Source of the DNA: Candidatus Aminicenantes bacterium
GTDB lineage: Bacteria > Acidobacteriota > Aminicenantia > Aminicenantales > JAFGBC01
Direction: 5' to 3'
NCBI GenBank assembly: GCA_963702005.1
Contig: OY969696.1
Location: 3,616,001-3,680,000, forward strand
Length of the DNA stretch: 64,000 bases
The notes below the pieces were generated by a model. The model worked only from the letters and a program-made list of their open reading frames with translations, ran no database searches and was not told where the DNA came from. Both the position numbers and the translations under genes were made by a program. Shown in pieces: positions 45,105-62,611 of this stretch. The first letter of the stretch is position 1; each line of letters starts with the position of its first letter.

Positions 45105-45773
45105 CTAGATCTCCTCGACTTCGGGGGTTTGGATCGTCATCTTGGGCTTATCGACGTCGCCCCGGTAGATCCAGACCTTGATCCCGATCTGGCCGTAGGT
45201 CGTGAAGGCCTCGGTGAAGGCATAATCGATGTCGGCCCGGAGGGTCTGGAGGGGAAGCCGGCCCTTGAGGTACCACTCGGTGCGGGCGATCTCGACCCCG
45301 CCCAGGCGGCCCGAGCACATGACCTTGATCCCCTTGGCACCCATGCGCATGGCGTTCTCGATGGCCTTGCGCATCGCCCGCCGGTAGGCGATCCGCTTTT
45401 CGAGCTGGATGGCGATCCCCTCCCCGGTCAGCAGGGCGGTCAGTTCGGGCTTGTCGACCTCGCGGATGTCGACGTAGACGTCCCGCTTGGCGACCTTCTC
45501 GAGAAGCCCCTTGAGGCTCTCGATCTCCTTGCCGCCCCGGCCGATGATGATCCCGGGCCGGGCGGTGTGGATGATGACCCGGACCTTGGGGCCGACCCGT
45601 TCGATATCGATCGAGGCGATTCCGGCGTGGGCGTACTTGTTCTTGATCTCCTTCTTCATCCGGAGATCCTCATGGATGAGGCGGGCGTAGGCCGCGCCCT
45701 TGGCGAACCAGCGGGAACTCCACTGCTTATTGAACCCCAGCCGAAACCCGAATGGATGCGTCTTCTGTCCCAC
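45105..45773 (-). CDS. rpsC: 30S ribosomal protein S3
   Basis: [12 protein letters not shown] and [11 protein letters not shown] motifs. Confidence 0.99.
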   Translation of the reverse strand: MGQKTHPFGFRLGFNKQWSSRWFAKGAAYARLIHEDLRMKKEIKNKYAHAGIASIDIERVGPKVRVIIHTARPGIIIGRGGKEIESLKGLLEKVAKRDVYVDIREVDKPELTALLTGEGIAIQLEKRIAYRRAMRKAIENAMRMGAKGIKVMCSGRLGGVEIARTEWYLKGRLPLQTLRADIDYAFTEAFTTYGQIGIKVWIYRGDVDKPKMTIQTPEVEEI

Positions 45774-45776
45774 GGT

Positions 45777-46193
45777 TCATCTCCCTTTGCGATCTTCTAA
45801 GTAAACGTGGACGTGGCTCGTCCGCTTGAGGATCTGGAAGGCCCGTCCCATCGGCGCGGGCCGGATCCGCTTGAACTGCGGCCCCTGGTCGACGAAGATC
45901 CGGGCGATGTAGAGGCTGTCGACGTCGATCGAAGGGACCTTGTTCTGGGCGTTGGCGATGGCCGAGCGGAGGGCTTTCTCGATGATGGCGCTCGCCTTCC
46001 TTTTCTCGTTGTGGCGGAGGATGGTCAGGGCCTCCCCGACGAAGCGGTCCCGGACCAGGTCGGCAACCAGGCGGGCTTTCTGGGGCGAGATCCGGATGTA
46101 GCGGGCCGCGGCGCTCGAAACGAAAGCGGACTCGCGTCCCTGATCGTGTTCTTGTTCGTGATCGTGATCGCGGGCCTGGCTGCGCTTGTCCAT
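45777..46193 (-). CDS. rplV: 50S ribosomal protein L22 with N-terminal extension
   Basis: ISPQKARLVAD, SAIANA and KRTSHV motifs. Confidence 0.96.
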   Translation of the reverse strand: MDKRSQARDHDHEQEHDQGRESAFVSSAAARYIRISPQKARLVADLVRDRFVGEALTILRHNEKRKASAIIEKALRSAIANAQNKVPSIDVDSLYIARIFVDQGPQFKRIRPAPMGRAFQILKRTSHVHVYLEDRKGR

Positions 46194-46194
46194 G

Positions 46195-46485
46195 CTACGC
46201 CTTCACCTTCACGGCCTTGGCCGACTTCGAAGTATGTCCCTTGAAGGTCCGGGTCGGGGAGAACTCCCCGAGCTTGTGGCCGACCATGTTCTCGGTGACG
46301 AAAACCGGGATAAACTTGCGGCCATTGTGGACGGCAATCGTCAGTCCGACCATCTCGGGGATGATCGTCGAGCGCCGGGACCAGGTCTTGATGACCTTCC
46401 GCTTCTCGCCCAGGGACTCGAGGGCCTTGACCTTGGTCAAAAGGTTGCTATCGATGAAGGGACCTTTAGCGAGGGACCTGCCCAT
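46195..46485 (-). CDS. rpsS: 30S ribosomal protein S19
   Basis: KTWSRRS and [11 protein letters not shown] motifs. Confidence 0.99.
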   Translation of the reverse strand: MGRSLAKGPFIDSNLLTKVKALESLGEKRKVIKTWSRRSTIIPEMVGLTIAVHNGRKFIPVFVTENMVGHKLGEFSPTRTFKGHTSKSAKAVKVKA

Positions 46486-46487
46486 GA

Positions 46488-47315
46488 TTACTTGCTCCTT
46501 CTCCGGACGATGAAGACCTTGGTCCGTTTGTTTCTGCGCGTTTTAAAGCCTTTGGTCGGGATCCCCTCGGGGCTGACCGGGTGGCGGCCGCCCTTGGACC
46601 GGCCTTCGCCGCCGCCGTGGGGATGGTCGATCGGGTTCATGGCCGTCCCGCGAACGTGGGGCCTCCAGCCGCGCCAGCGCGTCCGGCCGGCCTTGCCGAT
46701 GTCGATGTTCTGGTGGTCGAGGTTGCCGACCTGTCCGATCGTCGCCCGGCAGTCGAGGTGGATCTTGCGGATCTCGGACGAGGGCATCCGGACTTGGGCG
46801 TAGTCCCCTTCCTTTGCCAGGATCTGGGCGCCGCTGCCGGCCGACTTGGCGACCTGACCGCCCTTATCCTTGCGGAGCTCGATGTTGTGGATGATGGTGC
46901 CGAGCGGGATGAAGCGGAGGGGCATGGCGTTGCCGGGCAGGATGTCGACCTGCTCGTTCGAGGACAGGACGGTCTGTCCGACCTTGAGGTCGCCCGGGGC
47001 TAAAATGTAGCGGCGCTCGCCGTCGGCGTACTTGACGAGCGAAATGAAGGACGACCGGTTGGGGTCGTATTCGACCGTCTCGACCCGGCCCGGGATGCCG
47101 ATCTTGTCCCGCCTGAAGTCGATGATCCGGTAGACCCTTTTATGTCCCCCACCGTGATGGCGGATCGAGAGATGTCCCCGCGAGTCGCGCCCGCCCGACT
47201 TGGGCAGGGGCTCGAGGAGGGGTTTATAGGGCCGGGATTCGCTGAGCTCATTGTAGTCCAGGCCCGTCCGGTGCCGGATGCCCGCGCTGGTGGGTCGATA
47301 GGTTTTAATGCCCAT
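46488..47315 (-). CDS. rplB: 50S ribosomal protein L2
   Basis: EYDPNRS and [13 protein letters not shown] motifs. Confidence 0.99.
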   Translation of the reverse strand: MGIKTYRPTSAGIRHRTGLDYNELSESRPYKPLLEPLPKSGGRDSRGHLSIRHHGGGHKRVYRIIDFRRDKIGIPGRVETVEYDPNRSSFISLVKYADGERRYILAPGDLKVGQTVLSSNEQVDILPGNAMPLRFIPLGTIIHNIELRKDKGGQVAKSAGSGAQILAKEGDYAQVRMPSSEIRKIHLDCRATIGQVGNLDHQNIDIGKAGRTRWRGWRPHVRGTAMNPIDHPHGGGEGRSKGGRHPVSPEGIPTKGFKTRRNKRTKVFIVRRRSK

Positions 47316-47317
47316 GG

Positions 47318-47614
47318 TTAGGCCCCCTCAAAATACTCGATCATTTTCTCGCCTTCGCGGAGCTTAACATAGGCCTTCTTCCAGTCTCCGGTCGGGCCCA
47401 TGCTCCGGCCGACCCGCCTCGTCTTGCCGACCATGTTCTGGGTTCGGACGTTGGCAACCTTGACCTTGAACAGCAGCTCGACGGCCCGCTTGATCTCGGA
47501 CTTGTTGGCGTCGCGGCGGACGGCGAAGCAAATAATGCGGCTTCGGTCCTTGAGGGCCGTCGTCTTCTCGGTGATGACGGGCTTGAGGATGATCCGGGTC
47601 GCGTCTCTTGTCAT
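47318..47614 (-). CDS. rplW: 50S ribosomal protein L23
   Basis: PVITEK, ANKSEIK and WKKAYV motifs. Confidence 0.97.
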   Translation of the reverse strand: MTRDATRIILKPVITEKTTALKDRSRIICFAVRRDANKSEIKRAVELLFKVKVANVRTQNMVGKTRRVGRSMGPTGDWKKAYVKLREGEKMIEYFEGA

Positions 47615-48231
47615 TTGAGCCTCTCCATCAGGGAATCGAACGCCCGCCGGCTCAGGACGAGCCACTTAAAGCGCAGGACATCGAAGGCGTTGACCTGCCG
47701 CTCGTCGATGGCCTGGACCCGGGGAATGTTCCGGAGGGCCTGGAACAGGTTGACGTTGGCGCTGCTGTCGACGACCAAGGCCGAATCGAGCTTGAGGGCC
47801 TTGAGCCAGTTCGCGCCTTCCTTGGTCTTGGGGGCCTGGAGGGCGATCTCGTCCAGGACGAGGAGGCTCGCCTCCTTGTGCTTGAGGGCCAGAGCCGAGC
47901 GGAGGGCATTGGCCTTGACTTTTTTGGGAAGCTCGTAGGCGTAGTCGCGGGGTTGCGGCCCGAAGACAATTCCGCCTTTGCGCCAGAGGGGATTCCGGAT
48001 CATGCCGACGCGGGCGCGGCCGGTCCCTTTCTGCCGCCAGGGCTTCCGATTGCTGCCGGTGACTTCGCCCCGCGTCTTGGTCGCGGCCGTGCCCCGGCGC
48101 CGGTTGGCGAGCCGGTTGACGGCCGTTTCGTGAAGGAGCTGTTCCTTGACCGGATAGCCAAAAACCCGGTCGGGCAGCTCGATGTCCCGAGTGGGATGGC
48201 CGCTCGAGTCGAGTACGGATATTTTAGACAT
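47611..48231 (-). CDS. rplD: 50S ribosomal protein L4
   Basis: [12 protein letters not shown] and GGIVFGP motifs. Confidence 0.99.
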   Translation of the reverse strand: MSKISVLDSSGHPTRDIELPDRVFGYPVKEQLLHETAVNRLANRRRGTAATKTRGEVTGSNRKPWRQKGTGRARVGMIRNPLWRKGGIVFGPQPRDYAYELPKKVKANALRSALALKHKEASLLVLDEIALQAPKTKEGANWLKALKLDSALVVDSSANVNLFQALRNIPRVQAIDERQVNAFDVLRFKWLVLSRRAFDSLMERLK

Positions 48232-48859
48232 GGAAGTTGTCCTTGAGGATCAGAAGGTAGCCGTTCCGGGCCCCGGGGACGGCCCCCTTGACGACGAGGA
48301 GGTTCTGCTCGGGATCGGTCCGGACCACCTCGAGGCCGCGGACCGTGACCCGGTCCTGCCCCATATGGCCGCCCATCCGCATCCCCTTGACGACGCGGGA
48401 GGGGTAGGACGAGGCGCCGATCGATCCGGGCGCCCGGTGGAACATCGAGCCGTGGGCGGCGCCGCCGCCCCGGAAATGATACCGCTTGACGACGCCGGCG
48501 AAGCCCTTGCCCTTGCTCGTCCCGGTGATGTAGACCTTGTCCCCTTCCTTGAAGATATCGACCAGGACCTGGTCGCCCTCCTTGATTTCGGCCTGGGCCG
48601 CGAACCGGAACTCGCGGAGGACCCGGACGGGCGGGATGCCCGATTTTTTGAAATGGCCGATCCGGGGCTTGGTCGTCTTCTTGAGGCCCTTGTCCTCGAC
48701 GAAACCGAGCTGGACGGCTTCGTAGCCGTCCTTATCCTTAGTCTTCCTCTGGATGACCGTGCAGGGGCCGGCCTTGATGACGGTCACCGGAACGACGTTT
48801 CCGTCGGGGTCGAAGGTTTGGGTCATCCCGATTTTCTTGCCGATCAACCCTTCCACCAT
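48224..48859 (-). CDS. rplC: 50S ribosomal protein L3
   Basis: [14 protein letters not shown] and KGAVPG motifs. Confidence 0.99.
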   Translation of the reverse strand: MVEGLIGKKIGMTQTFDPDGNVVPVTVIKAGPCTVIQRKTKDKDGYEAVQLGFVEDKGLKKTTKPRIGHFKKSGIPPVRVLREFRFAAQAEIKEGDQVLVDIFKEGDKVYITGTSKGKGFAGVVKRYHFRGGGAAHGSMFHRAPGSIGASSYPSRVVKGMRMGGHMGQDRVTVRGLEVVRTDPEQNLLVVKGAVPGARNGYLLILKDNFHV

Positions 48860-48861
48860 GA

Positions 48862-49182
48862 TCAATCTCCTCCGGCCCCGAAGGCCTTGATCTCGACGTC
48901 GATGCCGGCCGGGAGGTCCAGCTTCTGGAGTTCTTCGATCGTCTCGTTGTTGTATTCGCTGATGTCGATGAGGCGTTTGTGAATCCTCATCTCGAAGTGC
49001 TCACGGGATTTTTTGTCGACGTGGGGGGAGCGCAGGACGCAGAAACGATGAATCCGGGTCGGCAGCGGGATCGGGCCCGCGATGTGAGCGCCCGTCCGTT
49101 TGGCCTTGACGACGATGTCCTTGACGGACTGGTCCAGCAGCCGGTGGTCAAAGGATTGCAGCCTGATTCTGATCTTTTCCAT
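48862..49182 (-). CDS. rpsJ: 30S ribosomal protein S10
   Basis: GPIPLPT and [13 protein letters not shown] motifs. Confidence 0.99.
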   Translation of the reverse strand: MEKIRIRLQSFDHRLLDQSVKDIVVKAKRTGAHIAGPIPLPTRIHRFCVLRSPHVDKKSREHFEMRIHKRLIDISEYNNETIEELQKLDLPAGIDVEIKAFGAGGD

Positions 49183-49266
49183 CGTTCGTTCCTCGGTTCT
49201 TCAGATTCATCGCCTCTGCCTGGGGACGGACCGGGCCGTCCCCGCTCTCGGGCCGTTCGCGACCCG

Positions 49267-50469
<1,203 letters not shown>

Positions 50470-50496
50470 GGCTGACTTGGACCTCCTCTCAGCGTC

Positions 50497-52587
50497 TTAG
50501 TAAGCCGGAATCCTTCCCTCGATCCGGGCGATGATCTCCTCGGCGACGGCCGGCGGAGCCTGCTCGTACCGGAAGAATTCCATGGAAAATACTCCGCGAC
50601 CCTGGGTCAGGGTCCGGAGGATGGTCGCGTATCCGAACATTTCGGCCAGGGGGGCGAAGGCCTTGACGACGCGGGCGCCCGCCCGCATCTCCATGCCCTC
50701 GACCCGTCCCCGCCGGGCGTTGATATCCCCGACGACGTCCCCCAGGTAGTCGTCGGGGGCGATGACCTCGAGCTTCATGATCGGCTCGAGGAGCGTCGGC
50801 GAAGCCTTGATGGCGGCCTCCTTGAAAGCCAGCGAGCCCGCGATCTTGAAGGCCAGCGGGCTGGAATCGACTTCATGGAACGTCCCGTCCAGGAGCGTCA
50901 CCCGGATATCGGCCATCGGAAAGCCGGCCAGGATTCCGACATCCATGGCCTCCATGACGCCGTTCTCGACGGATGAGGCGTATTCCTTGGGGAGAACCGC
51001 CTCTCGCGTCAGGTCCACGAACTCGAACTCCGTCCCGCGCGGGAGAGGCTCGACCCGTACCCGGCAGTGGCCATATTGGCCCCGGCCTCCGGTCTGGCGG
51101 ATGTACTTCCCCTCGCCCTCGGCCGCGCTCCGGATGGTCTCCTTGTAGGCGACCTGGGGTTTGCCCAGCCCGGCCTGGACCCCGTACTCCCTCTCCATCC
51201 GGTCCATGATGATCTCGAGATGGAGCTCGCCCATGCCGCGAACCAGGGTCTGGCCCGTGTTCGGGTCCCGGGCGATCTTGAAGGTGGGGTCTTCCCTGGC
51301 CATCTTGGCCAGGGCGTTGGCGAGCCGGACATGGTCCGCCTTGGTCCGGGGCTCGATCGTCGCCGAAATGACCGGCTCGGGGAACTTGATCGATTCGAGG
51401 ATGAGGGGCCGGCTCTTGAGGCAGAGGGTATCCCCGGTCGAGACGTTCTTGAGGGAGCCGAGGGCGGCGATATCCCCGGCGTGGAGCTCCTGGACCTCGC
51501 GCCGCTTATTGGCGTGCATCTCGAGGATCCGCGTCAGGCGCTCGTCCTCGTCCTTGGTCGAGTTATAGGCGGCCTGGCCGAGCTTGGCCTTCCCCGAATA
51601 GACCCGGACGTAGGCCAGCGTCCCGACGTAGGGATCGTTCATGATCTTGAAGACGAGACCGGAGAACGGCTCATCGTCGGCGGGCCGCCGGGTTTCGACG
51701 TCGAGTGTCCGGGGATGGTGGCCGACGACGGGGGGGACGTCGGCCGGCGAGGGAAGATGATCGACGATGGCATCGAGCAGGGGGTGGACCCCCTTGTTCC
51801 GGAACGAGGCCCCGAACAGGACGGGCACAAAATCGAGGGCGATCGTCCCCCGCCGGATGGAGGCCTGAAGCTCCGCGGCGGAGAGATCCGCCCCGCTCAG
51901 ATACCTCTCCAGGAGGATATCGTCCGTCTCGCTCAGCCGTTCGATCATCTCGTTCCTTTTCGTCAACGCGTCCCGGCGCTCCTCCCCGGCGACGTCCCTG
52001 ACTTCGAAGGACGTCCCGAGCAGGTCCGCGCCCCAGTCGATCTCCTTCATCCGGACGAGGTCGACGACGCCCCGAAACGTATCTTCCCGTCCCAGGGGCA
52101 TCTGGACCGGGAGCGGCCGGGCCCCCAGCCGCGTCCGGATCTCTTCGATGGCCCGCTCAGGCTCCGCGCCGACGCGGTCCATCTTGTTGATGTAGACGAC
52201 CCGCGGGACCCGGTACCGGTCGGCCTGCCTCCAGACCGTCTCCGATTGGGGCTCGACGCCGCCAACCCCGCACAGGATGATGACGGCCCCGTCCAGGACC
52301 CTCATGCATCGTTCCACCTCGGCCGTAAAGTCGACATGGCCGGGCGTATCGATGATATTGATACGGTGGTCATTCCAGGCGCAGGTCGTCGCGGCGGACG
52401 TTATCGTGATCCCGCGCTCCTGCTCCTGGACCATCCAATCCATAACCGCGGTCCCCTCGTCCACTTCGCCCATCTTGTAGGTGATCCCGGTGTAGAAAAG
52501 AATGCGCTCCGTGGTCGTAGTCTTGCCGGCATCGATGTGCGCCATGATACCGATGTTCCTGACGCGCTCGATCGGATAGGAACGCAT
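50497..52587 (-). CDS. fusA: Elongation factor G
   Basis: [27 protein letters not shown] and GMGELHL motifs. Confidence 0.98.
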   Translation of the reverse strand: MRSYPIERVRNIGIMAHIDAGKTTTTERILFYTGITYKMGEVDEGTAVMDWMVQEQERGITITSAATTCAWNDHRINIIDTPGHVDFTAEVERCMRVLDGAVIILCGVGGVEPQSETVWRQADRYRVPRVVYINKMDRVGAEPERAIEEIRTRLGARPLPVQMPLGREDTFRGVVDLVRMKEIDWGADLLGTSFEVRDVAGEERRDALTKRNEMIERLSETDDILLERYLSGADLSAAELQASIRRGTIALDFVPVLFGASFRNKGVHPLLDAIVDHLPSPADVPPVVGHHPRTLDVETRRPADDEPFSGLVFKIMNDPYVGTLAYVRVYSGKAKLGQAAYNSTKDEDERLTRILEMHANKRREVQELHAGDIAALGSLKNVSTGDTLCLKSRPLILESIKFPEPVISATIEPRTKADHVRLANALAKMAREDPTFKIARDPNTGQTLVRGMGELHLEIIMDRMEREYGVQAGLGKPQVAYKETIRSAAEGEGKYIRQTGGRGQYGHCRVRVEPLPRGTEFEFVDLTREAVLPKEYASSVENGVMEAMDVGILAGFPMADIRVTLLDGTFHEVDSSPLAFKIAGSLAFKEAAIKASPTLLEPIMKLEVIAPDDYLGDVVGDINARRGRVEGMEMRAGARVVKAFAPLAEMFGYATILRTLTQGRGVFSMEFFRYEQAPPAVAEEIIARIEGRIPAY

Positions 52588-52641
52588 AACTTCTTCTCTC
52601 CATAAATCTCGGCGTCACCTGCACTCTGGGAATACGGGAGA

Positions 52642-53112
52642 CTACCATTTATAATGGGCAAACGCCCTGTTGGCCTCCGCCATTTTATGCGTGTCTTCGC
52701 GCTTCTTGATCGCCCCGCCCTTGTTGGCCAGGGCGTCGAGAATCTCCGCCGACAGCTTCTCTTCCATGCTCCGCCCGCCCCGCTCCTGGGCGTACTTGAT
52801 GAGCCAGCGGATGCCCAGGGAGGTCGACCGCTGGGTGGGGACTTCGATCGGAACCTGATAGGTGGCCCCGCCGACCCGCCGCGATTTCGTCTCGAGCAGG
52901 GGCCGGACGTTCTCGACGGCTTTCTCCATGGCCTTGAGAGGGTCTTCCTTGGACTTGTCCTTGACGATGTTCATCGTGTCGTAAATGACACGCTCGGCGA
53001 CGTTCTTCTTCCCGCGCTTCATGCTCAGGTTGATGAACTTGGCGATGAGCGTGCTGTTGTAGAACGGGTCCGGCTGGGGCTTTCTCTTCTTGACAATTCC
53101 ACGTCTGGGCAT
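52642..53112 (-). CDS. rpsG: 30S ribosomal protein S7
   Basis: SRRVGGATYQVP and MAEANRAFAHY motifs. Confidence 0.99.
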   Translation of the reverse strand: MPRRGIVKKRKPQPDPFYNSTLIAKFINLSMKRGKKNVAERVIYDTMNIVKDKSKEDPLKAMEKAVENVRPLLETKSRRVGGATYQVPIEVPTQRSTSLGIRWLIKYAQERGGRSMEEKLSAEILDALANKGGAIKKREDTHKMAEANRAFAHYKW

Positions 53113-53130
53113 CGGGGGACTCCTTGGGCG

Positions 53131-53520
53131 CTAGGACGCGACCTTTTTCTCCTTGGGCTTCTTGGCGCCATAGCGGGACCGCGCCTTCATCCGGTTCTGG
53201 ACGCCCTCGGAGTCAAGGGTCCCCCGAATGAGGTGATAGCGAACGCCGGGGAGGTCCTTGACGCGGCCGCCCCGGACGAGGACGATCGAGTGCTCCTGGA
53301 GGTTGTGGCCGACTCCGGGGATATAGCCGGTGACCTCGACGTTGTTGGACAGGCGGACTCGGGCGACCTTGCGCATGGCGGAGTTCGGCTTTTTAGGGGT
53401 CGTCGTAAAAACCCGGATGCAGACGCCCCGTTTTTGCGGACATCTATCGAGAGCGGGCGACTTGCTCTTGTATCTCTTCAGAGTCCGTCCTTTTCTAATG
53501 AGTTGGTTAACGGTCGGCAA
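53131..53520 (-). CDS. rpsL: 30S ribosomal protein S12 (TTG start)
   Basis: PKKPNSA and [12 protein letters not shown] motifs. Confidence 0.99.
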   Translation of the reverse strand: MPTVNQLIRKGRTLKRYKSKSPALDRCPQKRGVCIRVFTTTPKKPNSAMRKVARVRLSNNVEVTGYIPGVGHNLQEHSIVLVRGGRVKDLPGVRYHLIRGTLDSEGVQNRMKARSRYGAKKPKEKKVAS

Positions 53521-53599
53521 AACAGCTACTCCTCTCTAGACGCGAATTGAAAAAAACAGGCATCCATCCCGGTACAGACCTCCCGGGACGAATGCAGGG

Positions 53600-53628
53600 A
53601 TAATACCAAAATTGGCATTTTCTGTCAA
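53600..53628 (-). promoter_or_regulatory. Sigma70 promoter of the str/S10 operon
   Basis: TTGACA-17 nt-TATTAT with extended TG. Confidence 0.75.
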
Positions 53629-53647
53629 CACTCCCTATAGGGGCGCA

Positions 53648-57822
<4,175 letters not shown>

Positions 57823-57826
<4 letters not shown>

Positions 57827-60800
57827 TCTCCTTTTAAAATTTGGGGGACTTCGATGCCCCAGGGAAGGATTTTATCCTTCTCCTCCCGTTCGAGCTCGAC
57901 GTTGAGGCAGAGGCTCTGGAGCTCCCGGATGAGGACGTTGACGGATTCGGGGAGGCCGGGCGTGAATTCGAGATCGCCCTTGACGATGGCTTCGTAGATC
58001 TTGGCCCGCCCGTCGACGTCGTCGGACTTGACCGTTAAAAGCTCCTGGAGAGTGTAGGCGGCCCCGTAGGCCTCGAGGGCCCAGACCTCCATCTCTCCGA
58101 AGCGCTGGCCGCCGAACTGGGCTTTGCCGCCCAGGGGCTGTTGGGTGATCAAAGAATAGGGTCCGGTCGAACGGGCGTGGATCTTGTCGTCGACGAGGTG
58201 GTAGAGCTTCATCATATAGATGTGGCCGACCGTGACCTCCTGGTCGAGGATCTCGCCGGTGACGCCGTCGTGGAGGGGCGTCTTGCCCGAGGCGGGAAGG
58301 CCCGCCTGCTTGAGGAGGTCCTTGATCTGGTGCTCGGAGATCCCGTCAAAGACCGGCGTGGAGATGAACAGACCGAGTTGCTTGGCGGCCCAGCCGAGAT
58401 GGGTTTCCAGGATCTGGCCGACGTTCATTCGCGAGGGGACGCCGAGAGGATTGAGGACGATCTCCACCGGTGCCCCGTCCGGGAGCCGGGGCATGTCCTC
58501 CTCGGGGACGATCTTGGCGATGATCCCCTTGTTCCCGTGGCGGCCCGAGACCTTGTCGCCGACCGAGAGTTTCCGCTTCATGGCGATGAAGACCTTGATG
58601 GCCTGGATGACGCCGGGGGCGAGCTCGTCCCCCTTGCGGAGGTTGTCGATCTTATCCTTGTGGAGGAGACGGAGGGCCTCGATCTGCCGTTTGACCTTCT
58701 TCTCGAGGTCCTTGATCCGCTGGTCCCGCTCCTCGTCGTCCTTGATCTTGAGCTTGAGGAGGTCCTCGCCCTCGATCTGGTCGAGCAGGCGCTCGGTCAG
58801 CTTGGCGTCCTTGTCGAGGGTCAGGTTGCCGACCTTCTGGTCTTTGTCGAGGAGGGCGCCTTTGAGGATGGCCCGGATCCGGCGGTCCTTCTCGGTGTCC
58901 AGGATGCGGATCTCGTCGTCGAGGTTCCGCTTCATGTTGGCGATCTCGTCCTTCTCGATCTGCTTGGCCCGGACCCCCTTCTCGCTCCCCCGCCGGGAGA
59001 AGATCCGGACGTCGATGACCGTCCCTTCGACGCCGGGCGAGCAGTACAGGGAGGCGTCTTTGACGTCGAGAGCCTTCTCGCCGAAGATGGCCTTGAGGAG
59101 CTTCTCTTCGGGCGAAAGCTGGGTCTCGCCCTTGGGCGCGACCTTGCCGACCAGGATGTCGCCGGACTTGACGTGGGCCCCGATCCGGACGATACCGTTC
59201 TCGTCGAGGTTGCGGAGCAGGTTCTCGGGGACGTTGGGGATGTCCCGGGTGATCTCCTCGGGGCCGAGCTTGGTGTCGCGGGCTTCGATCGTCTCCTCGA
59301 CGATGTGGAGGGAGGTGAAGATGTCGTTCTTGATCAGCCGCTCGCTGACGATGATGGCGTCCTCGAAGTTGTAGCCGCGCCAGGGCATGAAGGCGCACAG
59401 GACGTTCCGGCCCAGCGAGAGTTCGCCCTTATCCGTGCAGGTGCTGTCGGCCAGGATTTGACCCTTGACGACCTTGTCGCCCTTGCGCACGATCGGGCGG
59501 TGGCTGAGGCAGGTGTTCTGATTCGTGCGCAAGAACTTGATCAGGAGGTAGAAGTCCGTCCCGACGTCGTACTCGCGGTAGTTTTCCTTCTCGTCGACCC
59601 GGACCAAGATCCGCTCGGCGTCGACGAACTCGACGACGCCGGACCGCCTGCAGACGATGACGTCCCCGGAGCCCTTGGCGACCAGGTGCTCGATCCCGGT
59701 CCCGACCAGGGGCGCCTCGGGCCGGAGCAGGGGGACGGCCTGGCGCTGCATGTTGGACCCCATCAGGGCCCGGTTCGCGTCGTCGTGCTCGAGAAACGGG
59801 ATGAGGGCGGCCGAGAGCGAGACGAGCTGCTTGGGCGAGACGTCGATATAGTTGATCTGCTCGCGGGAGATCTGCTTGAAGTTCCCCTTCTGACGGGCAC
59901 TGACGAATTCGGCCGTGAACCGGCCGTCCTCGTCGACGGCCGCGTTGGCCTGGGCGATGTTGTACTTTTCCTCCTCCCAAGCCGTCAGGTAGAAGCAGTA
60001 GGCCTCGGCGACGGGGAAATGGCGGACGTTGGCCCGCTTGAGCTTCTGGAACTCGCGGCTGTAGGCGTCCTTCTCGACGATGTCGCCGACCTTGTATTCG
60101 CTGTCGCCGGGATGCTGGATTTGGATATAGTCGATGATCCGGCCGTCCTTGGCCTTCCGGTAGGGCGTCTCGACGAAGCCGAAGTCGTTGACGCGGGCGA
60201 AGCAGCTCAAGGACGAGATGAGGCCGATGTTGGGGCCTTCGGGCGTCTCGACCGGGCAGATGCGGCCGTAGTGGGAGGTCTGGATGTCGCGGACCTCGAA
60301 CCCGGCCCGCTCCCGGCTCAGGCCGCCCGGGCCGAGGGCGCTCAGGCGCCGCTTGTGGGTGATCTCGGCCAGGCTGTTGATCTGGTCCATGAACTGCGAG
60401 AGCTGGGAGCTGCCGAAGAATTCCTTGAGGGCGGCGATGACCGGTTTGGAGTTGATGAGGTCCTGGGGCATGGCCGAAGCCAGGTCCGGGGTCACCGTCA
60501 TCTTCTCCTTGATCGTCCGCTCCATCCGGGTCAGTCCGATCCGGAAGGCGTTCTCGACCAACTCGCCGACCGAGCGGACCCGGCGGTTGCCCAAATGATC
60601 GATGTCGTCGGTCTCGCCCTCGCCGTTGCGGAGACGGAGGAGGTACTTGAGGACCTCGACGTAGTCGAGAGGGGCCAGGACCTTGTCGTCGAGGGAGGTC
60701 TGGAGGCCGAGCTTGATGTTCATCTTGAGACGGCCGATCCGGGAGAAGTTGAACTTCTGGGGGTTGAAGAACAGGTTGTGGAAGAGGGTGTGGGCGCTCT

Positions 60801-62103
60801 CCAGGGTGTGCGGCTCGCCCGGACGGAGCTTCCGGTAGATCTCGGCCAGGGCCTGGTTGGTGTCCTTGCGGAGGTCCTTCCTGAGGGTCGCGGCGATGAT
60901 CGGCCCGGCCGGGTCCTGCTCGGGGAAGTAGACCTCGAACGGCTCGCCCTTCTCGGCCAGGGCGGCGATCTGGGCTTCGTCGAGGTCCTCGCCGGTCTTC
61001 GCCTTGGCCTTGACCGGGGCCAGGCTGAAGGCGCCGACCAGCTCCTTCTTGACCAGCGGGACCTTGCTGATCCCGTGGTCTTTGAGCTTCTGATAACTTT
61101 CCTCGGTCAGCTTTTTCTTGCCGGGGGCCAGGAGGGACCGGGACCGGCTCGATTCGACATCCTCGGCGACGGTCTTGCCGATGACGTGCTCACCGAGCTC
61201 CCAATACAGCGTCCCCTCCTCGGGGATGACCTTATAGACTTTGTAGAATAGGCGGATGATATCCTCGTCCGAGCCGAAGCCGAGGGCGCGCAGGAATACG
61301 GTCGCCAGGAATTTCTTCTTCCGGTCGAGCCGGACCCAGAGGGCGTTCTTGACGTCGTATTCGAACTCGACCCAGGCCCCCCGGTAGGGGATGATCTTGG
61401 CGATGAAAAAGCCCTTGGCCTCGGCCGGCCGGAAGAAGACGCCGGGCGAACGCTGGAGCTGGGAGACGACGGTCCGCTCGATCCCGTTGAAGATGAAGGT
61501 GCCCTTGTCGGACATGAGCGGGATGTCGCCGAAATAGACCTCCTGTTCCTTGATGTGCCTGAGGCGCTTGCTCTTGGTCGCGGCGTCCTTCTCCCAGGAG
61601 ACGAGCCGGACCTTGATCCGGAGCGGGACGGCGTAGGTGTACCCCTTTTGGATGCACTCGGTCGGCGTGTATTTCATCTTGAGGGAAACGCGGTCCCCGC
61701 AGTGGTCGCAGACGGGGATTTCGATCTTGCGGGCGGCGCCGCAGTAGGGGCAGACTTCCTTCTCGGTCAGCTCGACCTCCGAGGGGAGCAGGGTCCCGCA
61801 GCCGTTGCAGCGGGCCCGGGCGTTCTCGACGCCCTTGAGCCGTCCGCACTTGCACTCCCAGTTGCCGATCGAGTAGCTGACGAAGTCGAGTTGGGTCGTT
61901 TCCTTGAAGTCGGAGATCGGGTAGACGTCCTTGAAGGCCGACTGGAGGCCGGTGTCCTTCCGCTCCTCCGGAAGGCGGTCCATCTGGAGGAATTCGGCGT
62001 AGGACTGCTTCTGGATGGCCAGCATGTCGGGCATCGGAAAGACAGCCTTGATCCTCGAGAAATCGACCCTGTCCAGATAGATATTTTTAGATTCGTTGAG
62101 CAT
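57823..62103 (-). CDS. rpoB: RNA polymerase beta subunit
   Basis: [23 protein letters not shown] and GGQRFGEME motifs. Start at MLNESK after the GAGGG SD. Confidence 0.99.
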
Positions 62104-62201
62104 CGTCCCTCTCGATAAAAACAATTCCCTTGCGCGATCCGGCACGCCTCATGCTCGGATCCGACTTCTCTCCCGGGCCCTAAGTCCCGGAACGACCGGG
62201 C

Positions 62202-62597
62202 TCACTGGATCTCGACGACCGCGCCGACTTCGGCGAACTTGGCCTTGATGGCTTCGGCCTCGTCCTTGGCGATCTTTTCCTTGAGCGGCTTGGGAACGGC
62301 GTCGACGAGATCCTTGGCCTCCTTGAGGCCGAGGCTGGTGACCTCGCGGACGACCTTGATGACGTTGATCTTTTTGTCCCCGACATCCTTGAGGATGACG
62401 GCAAACTCGGTCTTGACCTCTTCGGTCTTGGCTTCGCCCGGGGCGGCGGCGGCGCCCAGCACGGCCATCGGCACGGCTGCGGCGGCGCTGATGCCGTAGC
62501 GTGTCTCGAATTCCTTGATGTAGTCGGCAAGTTCGAGAACGGTCAGCTGATCCAGGTGCTCGAAGAACTGTTCCTTGCTGAGTTTTTCTTTGGACAT
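62202..62597 (-). CDS. rplL: 50S ribosomal protein L7/L12
   Basis: [10 protein letters not shown] and [10 protein letters not shown] motifs; GGAGG SD. Confidence 0.99.
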   Translation of the reverse strand: MSKEKLSKEQFFEHLDQLTVLELADYIKEFETRYGISAAAAVPMAVLGAAAAPGEAKTEEVKTEFAVILKDVGDKKINVIKVVREVTSLGLKEAKDLVDAVPKPLKEKIAKDEAEAIKAKFAEVGAVVEIQ

Positions 62598-62611
62598 GTT
62601 TACCTCCAACC

